In this document: positions 1 through 9,660 of the stretch, one piece after another | How positions within the stretch are numbered: the stretch's first letter is position 1 | Layout of the letters: every line of letters starts with the position of its first letter | Virus record (IMG/VR): IMGVR_UViG_2919450847_000004 | Coordinates: 5,017-69,016 of that record | DNA: 64,000 bases | Source of the DNA: a virus | Lineage: Duplodnaviria > Caudoviricetes | Reading direction: 5' to 3' (one strand) | The notes under the pieces: generated by a model | What the model saw: the letters and a program-made list of their open reading frames with translations, nothing else | The model's database searches: none | What the model was told of the DNA's origin: nothing | Position numbers and translations under genes: made by a program

Positions 1-220
1 CAGAATACATGAGACGTGCCGCCGGCGCGCCAGATCTACGCGAGGACGCCCGCCGCCTCGGCAACCGCTATGAATGACGTCTGGAGACGCTGGACAATCT
101 GGAATAACGCGAAATGGCATCGATCGTGCAGTCCAGCCGGACATCGGTATCCAGTTCTGCTGGAGCGAGACGATGTCGACACCACATGGCACGCCGAACA
201 CCAATCAAAAGCGCAGGGTG

Positions 221-406
221 ATGATGCGAGCCGTGCCGCCCGCAGGGGACAGCGCGCCGGCAATCGGCGCAAAGCCGCGCGTGGAATTCGCTGAATTCAA
301 ATGCCCACGGTGTGGGCTGTGCGACAAAATAACTGGCACGCTCACGCTCACCGAGCTTGTACGCGGGATCCCGTGCAAAAAGTGCAACAAAGTCCGGAAT
401 CGCTAG
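221..406 (+). CDS. Small zinc-ribbon protein
   Basis: CPRC...CKKC pair in a 61-aa ORF (3' part of track ORF 74..406). Confidence 0.55.
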   Translation: MMRAVPPAGDSAPAIGAKPRVEFAEFKCPRCGLCDKITGTLTLTELVRGIPCKKCNKVRNR

Positions 407-643
407 CTAGGCAAGAATCCCGGCTTCTTCGGCCGCGGCGACGAAGGCGGCCCGGAAGTCCGCGACGAAGATGACGCCGTTCATCGCCTCGAGCGCAGCC
501 TGACGGGCAGCTCGATGAAGATCCGTATCGATCCGTGTCGGCCAGCGCTCCAGCAGGAAGCGCGCCGCGCCCTCGACGTCGGTGAAGGTCCGCTTCACCG
601 CATCACTTTCCCAGACGCTGACGGGCTGCATGTGCTTCCGCAT
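407..643 (-). CDS. DUF982 family protein
   Basis: Pattern V..AA.FLLERWP...HRAA.QA.LEA...RAAFVAAAEEAGILA typical of Rhizobiales DUF982. Confidence 0.8.
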   Translation of the reverse strand: MRKHMQPVSVWESDAVKRTFTDVEGAARFLLERWPTRIDTDLHRAARQAALEAMNGVIFVADFRAAFVAAAEEAGILA

Positions 644-743
644 GGTCGATTCAATGCGGCATATGGCGAAAGGTTGCTGGGTGGAACGGCCAGGCTCTGA
701 AGCCGTTGTGCGGCCAGCCTCAACTCCTGACGCGAGCTGTGCC

Positions 744-932
744 GTGTACCGGTATCGGATCTACGAATTCGCTCCCGAGGGGATGATCGCCTCGACTACG
801 GAGATCGAAGCCCCAGACGATTTGGCTGCCGTCCAGCGCGCGCGCTCATCGCAGCAGCAACTGCGCATGGAGATATGGCAGGCCAACCGCCTCGTCGCCT
901 CGCTCGAGGTTCCACAACAACGTGATAGCTAG
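744..932 (+). CDS. Small hypothetical protein
   Basis: GTG start; YRIYEF...EAPDDLAAVQRA...EIWQANRLV resembles a common small alphaproteobacterial family. Confidence 0.6.
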   Translation: MYRYRIYEFAPEGMIASTTEIEAPDDLAAVQRARSSQQQLRMEIWQANRLVASLEVPQQRDS

Positions 933-1165
933 ATCCCTTCCGCCGCAAGCACGTCGAGGAAGCCGACCGGCCACCAGTCGGGCGGATCGCCTTCCACCCG
1001 ATGGCAGGCGGCAAGGACGGCCCATGCGAACCGGCGCAGTTCTTCCGGGTCGCCATGCGCGTCGTTGTGCCCCCGCTTCACTATCAGTCGGCAGGTGGGT
1101 AGGTCGAACACCGCGTGGTCGGCGCCAGGCACACGCAGGATGCGGGCCTCAGGGGGAAGCGGCAC
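929..1165 (-). CDS. Hypothetical protein
   Basis: 78-aa ORF overlapping the end of the upstream lysis-region gene. Confidence 0.5.
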   Translation of the reverse strand: MPLPPEARILRVPGADHAVFDLPTCRLIVKRGHNDAHGDPEELRRFAWAVLAACHRVEGDPPDWWPVGFLDVLAAEGI

Positions 1166-1790
1166 CGATCCGCCCCCTCAACACCAAGTCCTCGAGCTCA
1201 CGCTGGCGGCTCTCAAGACGCAGGATCACGTCGCGCGCCGAATAGGTGTCGGCCGAGCTGCGTTTCAACTCGTCGACCTGGCGCTGGAGGCTGGCATTCT
1301 GGGCGGCCTGCGCATCCCACTGGATCTTGTGCACCTCGAATGGCACCATCTTGGCCACGATGGCGTCGATGTCCTTTTCCTGCCGCGCCGCCAGCACCTC
1401 CATTGCCTTTTCCTGCGTCGCTCGCGTTTCCCTCGCACGCTCGGTCGCGATGGCGAAGGTCTCCTGATTGAGCTTGGAGGAAATCTGCGTCTGGAGGATC
1501 GCCCAGACGAAGGTCGCGGCGCCGAGGATCATCGGGATGATGATCGCATAGATCTGGAGCTTCGGCTCGCTCCGCTTCTCGATCAGCGCGTTCTGCGCCG
1601 AGATCTGCTGTTCGAACCGCGCCCCCTGGGCCGACATTGCCTGTTCGAACTTGGTGTATTGCGCACCGATCTGCCGGGTGAGTTCGGCAAAGCCATCCCG
1701 CATGGTCGACTGTACGTCGGCAAGCCCGCGCTCGGTGGTGCGCAGGCGGGTATCGAGAACGTCGAAGGACTGCCGGCTGTCTTGATCCAT
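1149..1790 (-). CDS. Coiled-coil/single-TM membrane protein of the lysis cassette
   Basis: Heptad-rich segments flanking hydrophobic IYAIIIPMILGAATFVWAIL; follows holin-like gene. Confidence 0.7.
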   Translation of the reverse strand: MDQDSRQSFDVLDTRLRTTERGLADVQSTMRDGFAELTRQIGAQYTKFEQAMSAQGARFEQQISAQNALIEKRSEPKLQIYAIIIPMILGAATFVWAILQTQISSKLNQETFAIATERARETRATQEKAMEVLAARQEKDIDAIVAKMVPFEVHKIQWDAQAAQNASLQRQVDELKRSSADTYSARDVILRLESRQRELEDLVLRGRIGAASP

Positions 1791-1850
1791 TGCCGCCCCC
1801 CTTTCCGAGTTGGGCATCACGGGCACCTCATGCGCAGCGGGGAACGATCG

Positions 1851-2231
1851 TCAGGAACCGAGCGGCTTGCGGGCGGCCCAGCGGCCATAGAGCGCCAGGG
1901 CAGCGCCGATCACTGGGCCGAGCGCAACGATCAGGTCGATCACCTTGCCCTGCACTTCGGCGGGGAAAGCCCAGCCGAAGAGCCCGAGGATGCCGGCGAG
2001 CGCGGCGAGTATGGCACCGAGCGTCACGCGGCTCTGATACCAGGGCTCATTATTCGTCTGGTTGATGACGACGGCCGCCGTTTCCTTCGCCACCTCCGTG
2101 GCGATGACGCTGGCGTCGGCGCCGCCGAGCCCTGAGGCGGTGTTGGCTATGGCCTGGTGCGTCGCCGTGGCGATGGCAGGCGTGATCGAGGCCAGCACGG
2201 CTTGCGCCGCGGCCTTCGTGGTCGTGCTCAT
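1851..2231 (-). CDS. Holin-like membrane protein
   Basis: PWYQSRV motif followed by two TM helices, directly downstream of the endolysin. Confidence 0.7.
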   Translation of the reverse strand: MSTTTKAAAQAVLASITPAIATATHQAIANTASGLGGADASVIATEVAKETAAVVINQTNNEPWYQSRVTLGAILAALAGILGLFGWAFPAEVQGKVIDLIVALGPVIGAALALYGRWAARKPLGS

Positions 2232-2256
2232 GTGAGGATGTCCTTTTGGCGGGAAG

Positions 2257-2997
2257 TCAGGCGGCGAGGCTGATCGGCCGGGCGTCGGTCGACCGGGCCT
2301 TGGGCAGGCTGATGCTGTAGGGCGTGACGAACTGGTCGGCCTCGCCGGTGCGGCGGGAGATGATTTCGGCCGGCTTGCGCCACATCAGGATGGCGGCGCG
2401 GATCCGCGCCGGGCTCTCGCCGGCATTGATCCGCTTCACGAAGGTCGCACCCGCGAAGGCACCAGTGCCGATGTTGTAGCAAACCGAGGTGAGCGCATCG
2501 AACTGGTGATCGGCCAGGTTCACCTTGATCGCGGCGCGCACCGCGTCCTCATACTGGACGATGTCGCGGGCGAAGATGGCATCCGCCTCGGCGACGGTGA
2601 TCGTGAGCCCAGCATAGGGGATCGGCGCGCCGGCGGCGGCGGTATGGCCGATGCCGATGGTCCAGATGCCCTTGGTGTCGCGATAAGCGGTGAGCTTGCG
2701 CGCCTCGCGGCTGATCAGCACGGCAAGGCCGATCGCGCTCATGCTCTGACGCGGCGGCGCGGGCGTGACGACAGCTGCCGGCGCCTCCATCGCCACCTTG
2801 AGGGCGGCCTCAGTTTTCGCGCCGGCGATGCCGTCGGGGTAGAGACCGGCGGCCTTCTGGAAGGCGACCACGGCGGCCTCGGTGGCCGGTCCGAAATCCC
2901 CATCGACCGCGCCAGAATATCGGCCGAGCGTGGCAAGGCGCGTCTGTAGAGCGCGGACAGCAGGGCCGCTGCTGCCGCGCCGCAGGATGGCGGTCAT
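2257..2997 (-). CDS. Endolysin: N-terminal peptidoglycan-binding domain plus GH24 (phage lysozyme) domain
   Basis: LRRGSSGPAV..LQ..L...DGDFGPATEAAVVAFQ...DGIAG (PG_binding_1); REARKLTAYRDTKGIWTIGIGHT (GH24 E-x8-D-x5-T). Confidence 0.92.
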   Translation of the reverse strand: MTAILRRGSSGPAVRALQTRLATLGRYSGAVDGDFGPATEAAVVAFQKAAGLYPDGIAGAKTEAALKVAMEAPAAVVTPAPPRQSMSAIGLAVLISREARKLTAYRDTKGIWTIGIGHTAAAGAPIPYAGLTITVAEADAIFARDIVQYEDAVRAAIKVNLADHQFDALTSVCYNIGTGAFAGATFVKRINAGESPARIRAAILMWRKPAEIISRRTGEADQFVTPYSISLPKARSTDARPISLAA

Positions 2998-3011
2998 TTC
3001 ATGCTCCAGAA

Positions 3012-3036
3012 ATGGAAAAGCCGCCCAGCGGGCGGC
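3012..3036 (-). terminator. Intrinsic terminator-like hairpin just upstream of the lysis genes
   Basis: Minus strand GCCGCCC-GCT-GGGCGGC followed by TTTTCCATT. Confidence 0.6.
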
Positions 3037-3170
3037 GGATGTGAAGATGAGATGCAGCGCGACGACGGCGTCCAATCAGCAGTTTGTAACAAGTTTTTGG
3101 GTTGCGCTGTGACAGGGCACTCGCATACCGTGCGCGCCGCCATGATCGTCAGTGCCGGAAACCGACTCCG

Positions 3171-3404
3171 ATGAAAACAGTCGCCGCAGAAATCGACGCC
3201 GCCATCGCCAAGCTGACAGCCGCCGCAACGGCGGAGCGGAGGCAGCGGGCTTCGGAAGCTGGCATCGAAGGGTTCGGGGAACTCGACCCATTCAGCAGTG
3301 CGCTGCTTGAGGCCGTCTTCACCGCCCTCAACGGCATCAAGGAAAGCCTGATCGACGCATCGCAGCTCGCCGAGGCGCCCAATCGCCGCACGGCGGAAGG
3401 CTAG
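3171..3404 (+). CDS. Small helical hypothetical protein, opposite to the late operon (moron-like)
   Basis: ATG at 3171, 77 aa, lies between tail-fibre and lysis modules in reverse orientation. Confidence 0.55.
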   Translation: MKTVAAEIDAAIAKLTAAATAERRQRASEAGIEGFGELDPFSSALLEAVFTALNGIKESLIDASQLAEAPNRRTAEG

Positions 3405-3419
3405 ACAACCGCGTGATCG

Positions 3420-4097
3420 CTACGGCGTCGCCATGGCGATCAGTTCGGCATCCGAAACCGCCGCCGCGATCACCGCCACGCGCGTGGCGGTACCGCCCCA
3501 GGGGCGGGCATAATCGATGCCCCGGTTCTTCACCGTCACGCGCGTGAGCGAGGTCGGCAGGAGTGCCGTGCCGTTGGTCCGCACCGCCGCTCCATTATAG
3601 GAGACGCCCAGGTTGGACGTCGCAAACCGCGCCGCGATGCTGAGGTGGGTGCTGTTCGGCAGCACGGCCAGCGAGCGCATTTCGTCGCCGGTCTGGATCG
3701 CACCGCCACGGTAGCAACCGATCTCGCCGCGCCCGGCCGGCGAAATCTGGGTGCGGTCGATCCAGATGGCATTGTCGAGCAGATCGCCATCTTCCCCGTC
3801 ATCGAGCGACAAGGCCCATTGCGCCGCGCCGCTCGGCGTCGTGCCGGCGGCAACACCTTCGAAGAAGAGCGAGCACGTCGTGATTGAGCTCGGAAGAGCG
3901 ATGGAATCTCCGCTCGGGTTCTCGGTATAGAACCCCGCCGTCACCATGTCGGCGAGCGCATCATAGACGGTTCCGTTGTAGTAGAACCTCTCATTGGCAT
4001 AATCGAAATCCAGTATCGCACCCACGAAAGGCCAGGGGTATTTCGCTACGACAGCCTCGGCATCGAAATTGATGTCGGAGATGAGCAGGATCGTCAT
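3420..4097 (-). CDS. Tail-associated beta-rich protein, probably LamG/ConA-like lectin
   Basis: Beta-strand-rich sequence with SIAARF...LGVSYNG and WGG...RVAVI motifs; follows the tailspike. Confidence 0.55.
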   Translation of the reverse strand: MTILLISDINFDAEAVVAKYPWPFVGAILDFDYANERFYYNGTVYDALADMVTAGFYTENPSGDSIALPSSITTCSLFFEGVAAGTTPSGAAQWALSLDDGEDGDLLDNAIWIDRTQISPAGRGEIGCYRGGAIQTGDEMRSLAVLPNSTHLSIAARFATSNLGVSYNGAAVRTNGTALLPTSLTRVTVKNRGIDYARPWGGTATRVAVIAAAVSDAELIAMATP

Positions 4098-4109
4098 TAT
4101 GGTCTCTCC

Positions 4110-6020
4110 TTAGAAAAGCCAGGGGACGTCGATGCCGTATTGCTCGGCCCACCGCTCCAGGCCGGCGGGGTTCGCGTGGACGCCGTCGCCGTTGTTGTAA
4201 GCGGAGTTCCAGGCCCCATCGTCGCCGCCGAGCGACAGCGCCCGCGCCACATCGACATAGGGGTAGTCACCGAAATACCGGCTCCGGATCCATCCGTTGA
4301 TGGTCGTGTTCTTGGCTGTCGCGCCGGTGCGCGGCGCCAGCGTCTGCAGGATCGGCGTTGCGCCGCGCGCCAGCACCTTGGCGATCGCCGCCGCCGTGTT
4401 GGTCTGCCACGTCGCCGTGTCGGTATCGTTGGTGCCCTGGCCGAGCACGACGAACTGCGGATTGAAGATGTCGAGATCGACAGGCATGCGAGCGAGCATC
4501 CCGCCGGACGTGTCGCCGCTGCGGCAGACATTGAGCATGTCGCCGCGCCCCCGAAGGGCCTCGACCTGGTGTGCCCAGCCATAGCGCCAGTCGGGAACGC
4601 CGCCGAACCCTTCGCCGTTGCTGTCGCCGAACAGCAGGCAGAACGGCTTTTGCTGCACGCCGGCATAGAATTCGACGAGGCGGACGAACACGTTGCCGGA
4701 CAGGAAGGCCAGGCCGGGCTTTCCCCACTGGCGGCCGGCGCCGTCCGCATCATCCTGCTCGCCGGAGAGGGCGACGACCTTGCCGGTGATCGTGTCGGTG
4801 AAGCGGGCGATGTTCACGCCGCCGAGCTTCTCGAGGTCGACGACATAATCGCGGCCGGCGACCAGGGTGAACGGGATGGCGACGGACTTGCCGCCGGTCG
4901 GCGCGCCGGATCCGTTCCACGGCTGCATCAGCAGCACGGCACTCGATGCGCCAAGGGAGGCATCTACGGTGACGACGGTCCCGAGCGTGTAGGAGCCGCC
5001 ATCCATGGGATAGGTGACGACGGCGACCTTGGAGGTCGGATCATCGAGCCGGATATGCGCGACGATCCGCTTGCGGCCGAGGGCGGAGAAGGTGTCGAAC
5101 ATCGCCAGGGTCGCCCAGTCTCCCGTGGGCGGCGACACCAGCCCGTTCGAAACCGTCCAGCCGGTGACGGACCAGCCCGCGGGGGTTGAGGTGCCGGTGA
5201 AGAACTGCCGAAAGACCGTCGTGAGACCCGCATTCCGCGCTACGCCGGCAATCGAGCTGTAGATATTGTCGATCTCCTTGCAGAGGATCCTGCCCGACCG
5301 GGTGACGGCGAAGCCGCTTTTGCCGTCCGGCCCCACAAGGGCGAGCAGATCCGCAGAGGGAACGACCTTCACCGAGAGCCCGGCCTGTGCTCCCGCCTCC
5401 GCCTTGCTCTCGATCTCCCGAATATGCTTGTTCAGGATCTTGCCCGATCGGGTGACCGCGAACCCGCTCTTGCCGTCGGGGCCAACGGCGGCAAACAGGT
5501 CGGCATCGTCCGTGATGGGCGCCCGCGCATCCAGCGCCGCCTTGTCGGCGGCCGGCGTCATCGCCTTGTCGGTCGCCGTGCCGGCCACAGCTTCGGGATT
5601 GGTGGCAGCCGGCACCGTGATCGTGAGGTTATCTTCGAGCGGGCCGCCGCCAGCGGCGAGGCCATCGCCGGTTATTGTGAGGCCCTGCAAGGCGGTTACA
5701 GCAGCAGCAGCGCTATCTGCTGTGTCGGCGGCGCCGGCAGCGGTCGAGGTGGCCGCTGCGGCGGCGCTCGTGGCCTCCGCCGCAGCGGCCTCGGTGGCCG
5801 CCAAACCATCAAGGATATCTGCGATCGCCTCCGGATCGCCCGTCGCGGCCTGAAGCGCCTCAAGTTCATCGTGCAATTGCCCCGACGCCATCAGCTGGGC
5901 GATAAGCGAAGGAAGCGCTATCTGCACGGTGTTGGTAACGCTGCCCTCTGTCCGATTACCCACGAGAGCGTCGACGAGCGGCACCGCCGACAGTTCGTCG
6001 GTGGGTTGTCCCTTGTCCAT
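4110..6020 (-). CDS. Tail fibre/tailspike with C-terminal SGNH (GDSL) esterase
   Basis: SGNH blocks FGDSN, SGDTSG, GTND, DGVH; Ala-rich N-terminal shaft. Confidence 0.85.
   Translation of the reverse strand: MDKGQPTDELSAVPLVDALVGNRTEGSVTNTVQIALPSLIAQLMASGQLHDELEALQAATGDPEAIADILDGLAATEAAAAEATSAAAAATSTAAGAADTADSAAAAVTALQGLTITGDGLAAGGGPLEDNLTITVPAATNPEAVAGTATDKAMTPAADKAALDARAPITDDADLFAAVGPDGKSGFAVTRSGKILNKHIREIESKAEAGAQAGLSVKVVPSADLLALVGPDGKSGFAVTRSGRILCKEIDNIYSSIAGVARNAGLTTVFRQFFTGTSTPAGWSVTGWTVSNGLVSPPTGDWATLAMFDTFSALGRKRIVAHIRLDDPTSKVAVVTYPMDGGSYTLGTVVTVDASLGASSAVLLMQPWNGSGAPTGGKSVAIPFTLVAGRDYVVDLEKLGGVNIARFTDTITGKVVALSGEQDDADGAGRQWGKPGLAFLSGNVFVRLVEFYAGVQQKPFCLLFGDSNGEGFGGVPDWRYGWAHQVEALRGRGDMLNVCRSGDTSGGMLARMPVDLDIFNPQFVVLGQGTNDTDTATWQTNTAAAIAKVLARGATPILQTLAPRTGATAKNTTINGWIRSRYFGDYPYVDVARALSLGGDDGAWNSAYNNGDGVHANPAGLERWAEQYGIDVPWLF
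5283..5501 (-). repeat. Two-copy internal repeat (150-nt period) in the tailspike
   Basis: DLFAAVGPDGKSGFAVTRSGKIL and DLLALVGPDGKSGFAVTRSGRIL; DNA-level similarity visible at 5283-5351 and 5433-5501. Confidence 0.9.
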
Positions 6021-6049
6021 TGGACGTCCTTCGATGTTGTCAGGGAAGC

Positions 6050-9000
6050 CTAGGGAACCGTCGCGCTCTCGGGGCCGGCCGGATCAGAAGGCGATCCAGC
6101 CGTGTTCTCGACGGTCATCCAGTAGTCGTAGGAGCCGGAAGCGGGCGCGAGGTCGACGAACGGGACGTCCGCATTCGCCCCGAAATAGAGCGGGCCGGAG
6201 ATGTCGACGGCATCTTCGAAGTCGGCGCCGGCGGCTGCGCGCCAGAAGCGGGCCGCGGCCACCGCGGTATCGTTGGGGGTGCGCCCGGTCAGCTGCACAT
6301 CCGCACCCACGACGGCCGGAGCGTTCATCGTCGGAGCGACGGGAACGGGCAGCGCCGAGAAGGTCCGTTCGATCAGTACGGGAGTGGATTCCCGGCCATC
6401 GGAATCGACGGCGACGATGCCGAAGGTGTAGGCCCCCGCCTCATCTGGATCCCAGCTATTCCAGGGAGATGAGGCGAGCACGCCCGTGTGCAGTGGAGCA
6501 AGCGCTGCCCAGCTGCCTACCGAGCCGATGCCGTAGCGGATCCGGGCCGTGATCAGGCTCGCATAGGTGCCGTCATCATCGTGCGGCGCGATTGTCCAGC
6601 TGAAGCGACGTTGGCCGGAGGCAAGCGCGACGGCATCGAAGGCAGTGATGCCGGGCACTTCAGGATCGGTGGCGCCGACAACATGGGTGCGCGGCGCACT
6701 CCTGGCACCTGTGACACCGGCCCGGGACACCGCTTCGGCTTCAATCTCGATCTCGTCGCCGCTCGCGTAGCCCGTCAGCACCACGATGGAGGAGGAGATG
6801 TCGGTCGAAGTGGACGTCCACGATCCGGCCCCGACCAGGCGGTGATAGACGTTGAAGCTGGCGAGTTCCACGCCGGTGCCGGCGGATCGGCGCAAGGTGA
6901 TGACAACGCGCAAGGTGCCGGTATCGTCCGACACGGCCTCTCCCGAGGCGACCTCGAAGTCCGGCGCCAGCGGCGGCGTCGTGTCCGGTGGCACCGGCGC
7001 GCCGACCCGTCCATCCCAAGGCGGCACCACAGTGGCATCGAGGATGCTATCGATCTCCGGCGCGTGGGGAATGAGATAGAGCGTGCCGGCAAAATCATCG
7101 GCGCGCTCGATGCGATTGACGATGACCTCGCGGCTCTCGTGCCCAAGCGTGCCGAACATGAAGGCGTCGCCGACCGCGGGCGCCAAGCCTTCCTCTGTGA
7201 GCTCAACGAGCGTCGTCGCGCCGCTGATCGTCGCGATGCGCCGTACGAAAGTGGTTGTGTCGGCGCGGCGGAAGCGGATGGCATAGTCGCGGCCGCTTTC
7301 CATGGTGACCGGCTCGGTGAGTTCGACCAGCGCCCCCTCGACGCGCCGCACCCGGCCGGACGCATGCGCGACGTCGATGACGTCGTGAGACACCACCACC
7401 AGGTCCCCGCGCGCGGATTCCAGACTGTCGAGGTCCTGCTCGGCCGTATAGGTGTCGGGACGAAGGATCAGCTCAAGCTGCCGGCGTCGGAGCGCCTTCC
7501 ATAGCTGCGTCGGATCCGTGACGCCCGGCATGTCGATCGCCTCGGTGAGGCTGATCGGCCCCTCATAGCCGGGCCACCGAACCACCATCTCCTTGTCGGA
7601 GCCATCGTCCGACCGATCCTTGAAAGAGCACCGGTAGGCGTGCGGCGGGCGAAAATAGGTCCGTGACCAGCGGAAATTACGGGCGTTGCGCGGGGTGATG
7701 GCGGCAACGATCTGGGAGCGCGGTCGGTCTATGATGACGCCAATGCGCCGGCCGTCATCGCGTAGGCTTGCCCGGCCAGCCGCCGCAACCATCTTGCGGA
7801 CTTCCGGAAGGCTGGCCTCATAGTCGTGAACCCGGTCGTAGCTGAGCCCCTTGGCGGCGCAGAACTCGTGCCAGTCCTCGAATTCGGAGAGGATGAGCTC
7901 GTCATCGGTCTTGGGCTTCGCCGACATCGGCCCCTGCAGCACCCAACGCGCCAGGCTGGCGGGGTTACGGGTCGGCCGCGTAATCCAGGTGCCACTGGCG
8001 GAATCCCAGTCCGGGCAGATGCGCGTGACGTCTGCGGTCAGCTGATCGAGGACGCCATTGAGCTCATCGGTTGCCTTTACCCGAATTGCGATCTCGGCCA
8101 GCGGGGCGCGGGTATAGTTGAGGGGCGGCTCGGGACGGTAGCCGCGCAGAGCCGTCCATTGCACTTGATCGACACGCTTGCCGTCATCGATGACCTTGGT
8201 GACGCGAAGAACGCGGACCTCATAGCGCCCGCGCGTCGGCACGGTCCAATAGATCGTCCTGCGAACAGCCCGTTGCTGGTTCCCGCCGAGGGACAGGCCC
8301 TGCACCCAGATCCAGTCGGTGGTGCCGTAGAGCCGCTGCTCGATCTCGAAATATTGGTCGTACCACTTCCGCTTGCCGTTGTTGTCGAAGATGCACAACC
8401 CGCCTGGAGCCGTCAGATCGATGGAAACGGCGGTCACATCCGATTGGGTGCGCCGGATATGAGGTTCGGGCGTGTCAGTATGTTCGTCACGATCGAGCGT
8501 GATCGACAGCTGTTCTTCCAGCACCTGGCTGGGATACAGCGTGATCGCCGCGTCACCGGGCCATCCGGAGCGGATCTCGGTCTGCACTTCGAAATTCTCG
8601 ATCGCCGTCTCGCCGATGCGGAGATTCTCGATGAGGACCGGACCGTAGCCGAAGCACATCCGCGCCACGATGTACTGATCGTCGCCGACAATCTCGGTGT
8701 AGCTACTCGCCGAGTGCACTGGCGCCTGCCGATGGCTGCCGAGCACCGCGGGGATCGGGCCATCAGGATTGGCGACATTGCGCCAGCCCTTCACATCATA
8801 GGTCGGGCTGTTGCCTTCCCCGCTATCTGTCTTGGGTTGAGGAATCAGCGCGTTGAGCAACAGGGTGCCGCCGAGAATGAGGCCGGCGGTCGCCAAGGTT
8901 GTCGCCGCTGCGGTGCCGATCCCGAAGGTGCTGGCCAGCACTGGAGCCAGGTACGGGGCGAACACAGCCGCGGCGATGGTCACGACGATCGAGAGGATCG

Positions 9001-9259
9001 ACTTCAGCGCGTTGCCCGGGACGATGCGAACAACGACCAGCTGTCCCGGCCGGGGGCGAGCATGCCAGCAATGGGGATAGATGGGCTGGCCCCCGATCGA
9101 CACCCGTATGACGGCGCGCCGCTCCTCCTCGCTGGAGAGCGGCAGGATTTCGCTGACGATGTCGGAGATCCGCGCGCCGTGCGGAACGGTCATCCGGATC
9201 CGGCCCTTGCCAGGATCGATCACCGGCATGGCGAGAACGTCGATCGATGTGGCCGTCAT
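6050..9259 (-). CDS. Central tail tip/host-specificity protein (gpJ-like) with Fn3-like C-terminal domains
   Basis: NPDGPIPAVLG.HR..P, TRNPASLARWVL, GDLVVVSHDVI; ATGA overlap with upstream gene. Confidence 0.85.
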   Translation of the reverse strand: MTATSIDVLAMPVIDPGKGRIRMTVPHGARISDIVSEILPLSSEEERRAVIRVSIGGQPIYPHCWHARPRPGQLVVVRIVPGNALKSILSIVVTIAAAVFAPYLAPVLASTFGIGTAAATTLATAGLILGGTLLLNALIPQPKTDSGEGNSPTYDVKGWRNVANPDGPIPAVLGSHRQAPVHSASSYTEIVGDDQYIVARMCFGYGPVLIENLRIGETAIENFEVQTEIRSGWPGDAAITLYPSQVLEEQLSITLDRDEHTDTPEPHIRRTQSDVTAVSIDLTAPGGLCIFDNNGKRKWYDQYFEIEQRLYGTTDWIWVQGLSLGGNQQRAVRRTIYWTVPTRGRYEVRVLRVTKVIDDGKRVDQVQWTALRGYRPEPPLNYTRAPLAEIAIRVKATDELNGVLDQLTADVTRICPDWDSASGTWITRPTRNPASLARWVLQGPMSAKPKTDDELILSEFEDWHEFCAAKGLSYDRVHDYEASLPEVRKMVAAAGRASLRDDGRRIGVIIDRPRSQIVAAITPRNARNFRWSRTYFRPPHAYRCSFKDRSDDGSDKEMVVRWPGYEGPISLTEAIDMPGVTDPTQLWKALRRRQLELILRPDTYTAEQDLDSLESARGDLVVVSHDVIDVAHASGRVRRVEGALVELTEPVTMESGRDYAIRFRRADTTTFVRRIATISGATTLVELTEEGLAPAVGDAFMFGTLGHESREVIVNRIERADDFAGTLYLIPHAPEIDSILDATVVPPWDGRVGAPVPPDTTPPLAPDFEVASGEAVSDDTGTLRVVITLRRSAGTGVELASFNVYHRLVGAGSWTSTSTDISSSIVVLTGYASGDEIEIEAEAVSRAGVTGARSAPRTHVVGATDPEVPGITAFDAVALASGQRRFSWTIAPHDDDGTYASLITARIRYGIGSVGSWAALAPLHTGVLASSPWNSWDPDEAGAYTFGIVAVDSDGRESTPVLIERTFSALPVPVAPTMNAPAVVGADVQLTGRTPNDTAVAAARFWRAAAGADFEDAVDISGPLYFGANADVPFVDLAPASGSYDYWMTVENTAGSPSDPAGPESATVP

Positions 9260-9660
9260 CGCGCGCCCATCAGGGTTTCGTGCCGGCAATAGCCGATCAA
9301 CCGCGGCCGCCACCGTGGTGCGTCGATCGAGGCGATGCAGGAGGTCCCGCCTTCGGTCACATGCAGCATCAGCCCGGGTCCGGCGACGACGCCAACATGG
9401 CGGAGGATCGCGCCCATCCGGAACACCGCGACGTCAAATTCGCGCGGTTCAGCGACCGCGTGCCAGGGATCGCCGGCGGCGATGGCATCGACCTGGCGCG
9501 CCATCTCCGCCGTCTCCACGGGAACGTCCAGATAGTCGGGGAGCTCGATGCCGAGCACGTCACGATAGGTCATGACCACGACGCCCCAGCAGTCGATGCC
9601 GGCGCGGGCGCGGCCCAGCCGAACCCATGGAATGCCAATGAAGGCGTTCGACCAGCTCAT
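9256..9660 (-). CDS. NlpC/P60 tail assembly protein (gpK-like)
   Basis: IGIPWVRLGR...GIDCWGVV...RHVGVV catalytic Cys/His. Confidence 0.9.
   Translation of the reverse strand: MSWSNAFIGIPWVRLGRARAGIDCWGVVVMTYRDVLGIELPDYLDVPVETAEMARQVDAIAAGDPWHAVAEPREFDVAVFRMGAILRHVGVVAGPGLMLHVTEGGTSCIASIDAPRWRPRLIGYCRHETLMGAR

Noticed and set aside
3420-9259. Diversity-generating retroelement or invertible tail-fibre cassette
   Set aside because: No reverse transcriptase, no template/variable repeat pair with A-specific mismatches, and no invertase seen; the only repeat is the in-frame 150-nt duplication
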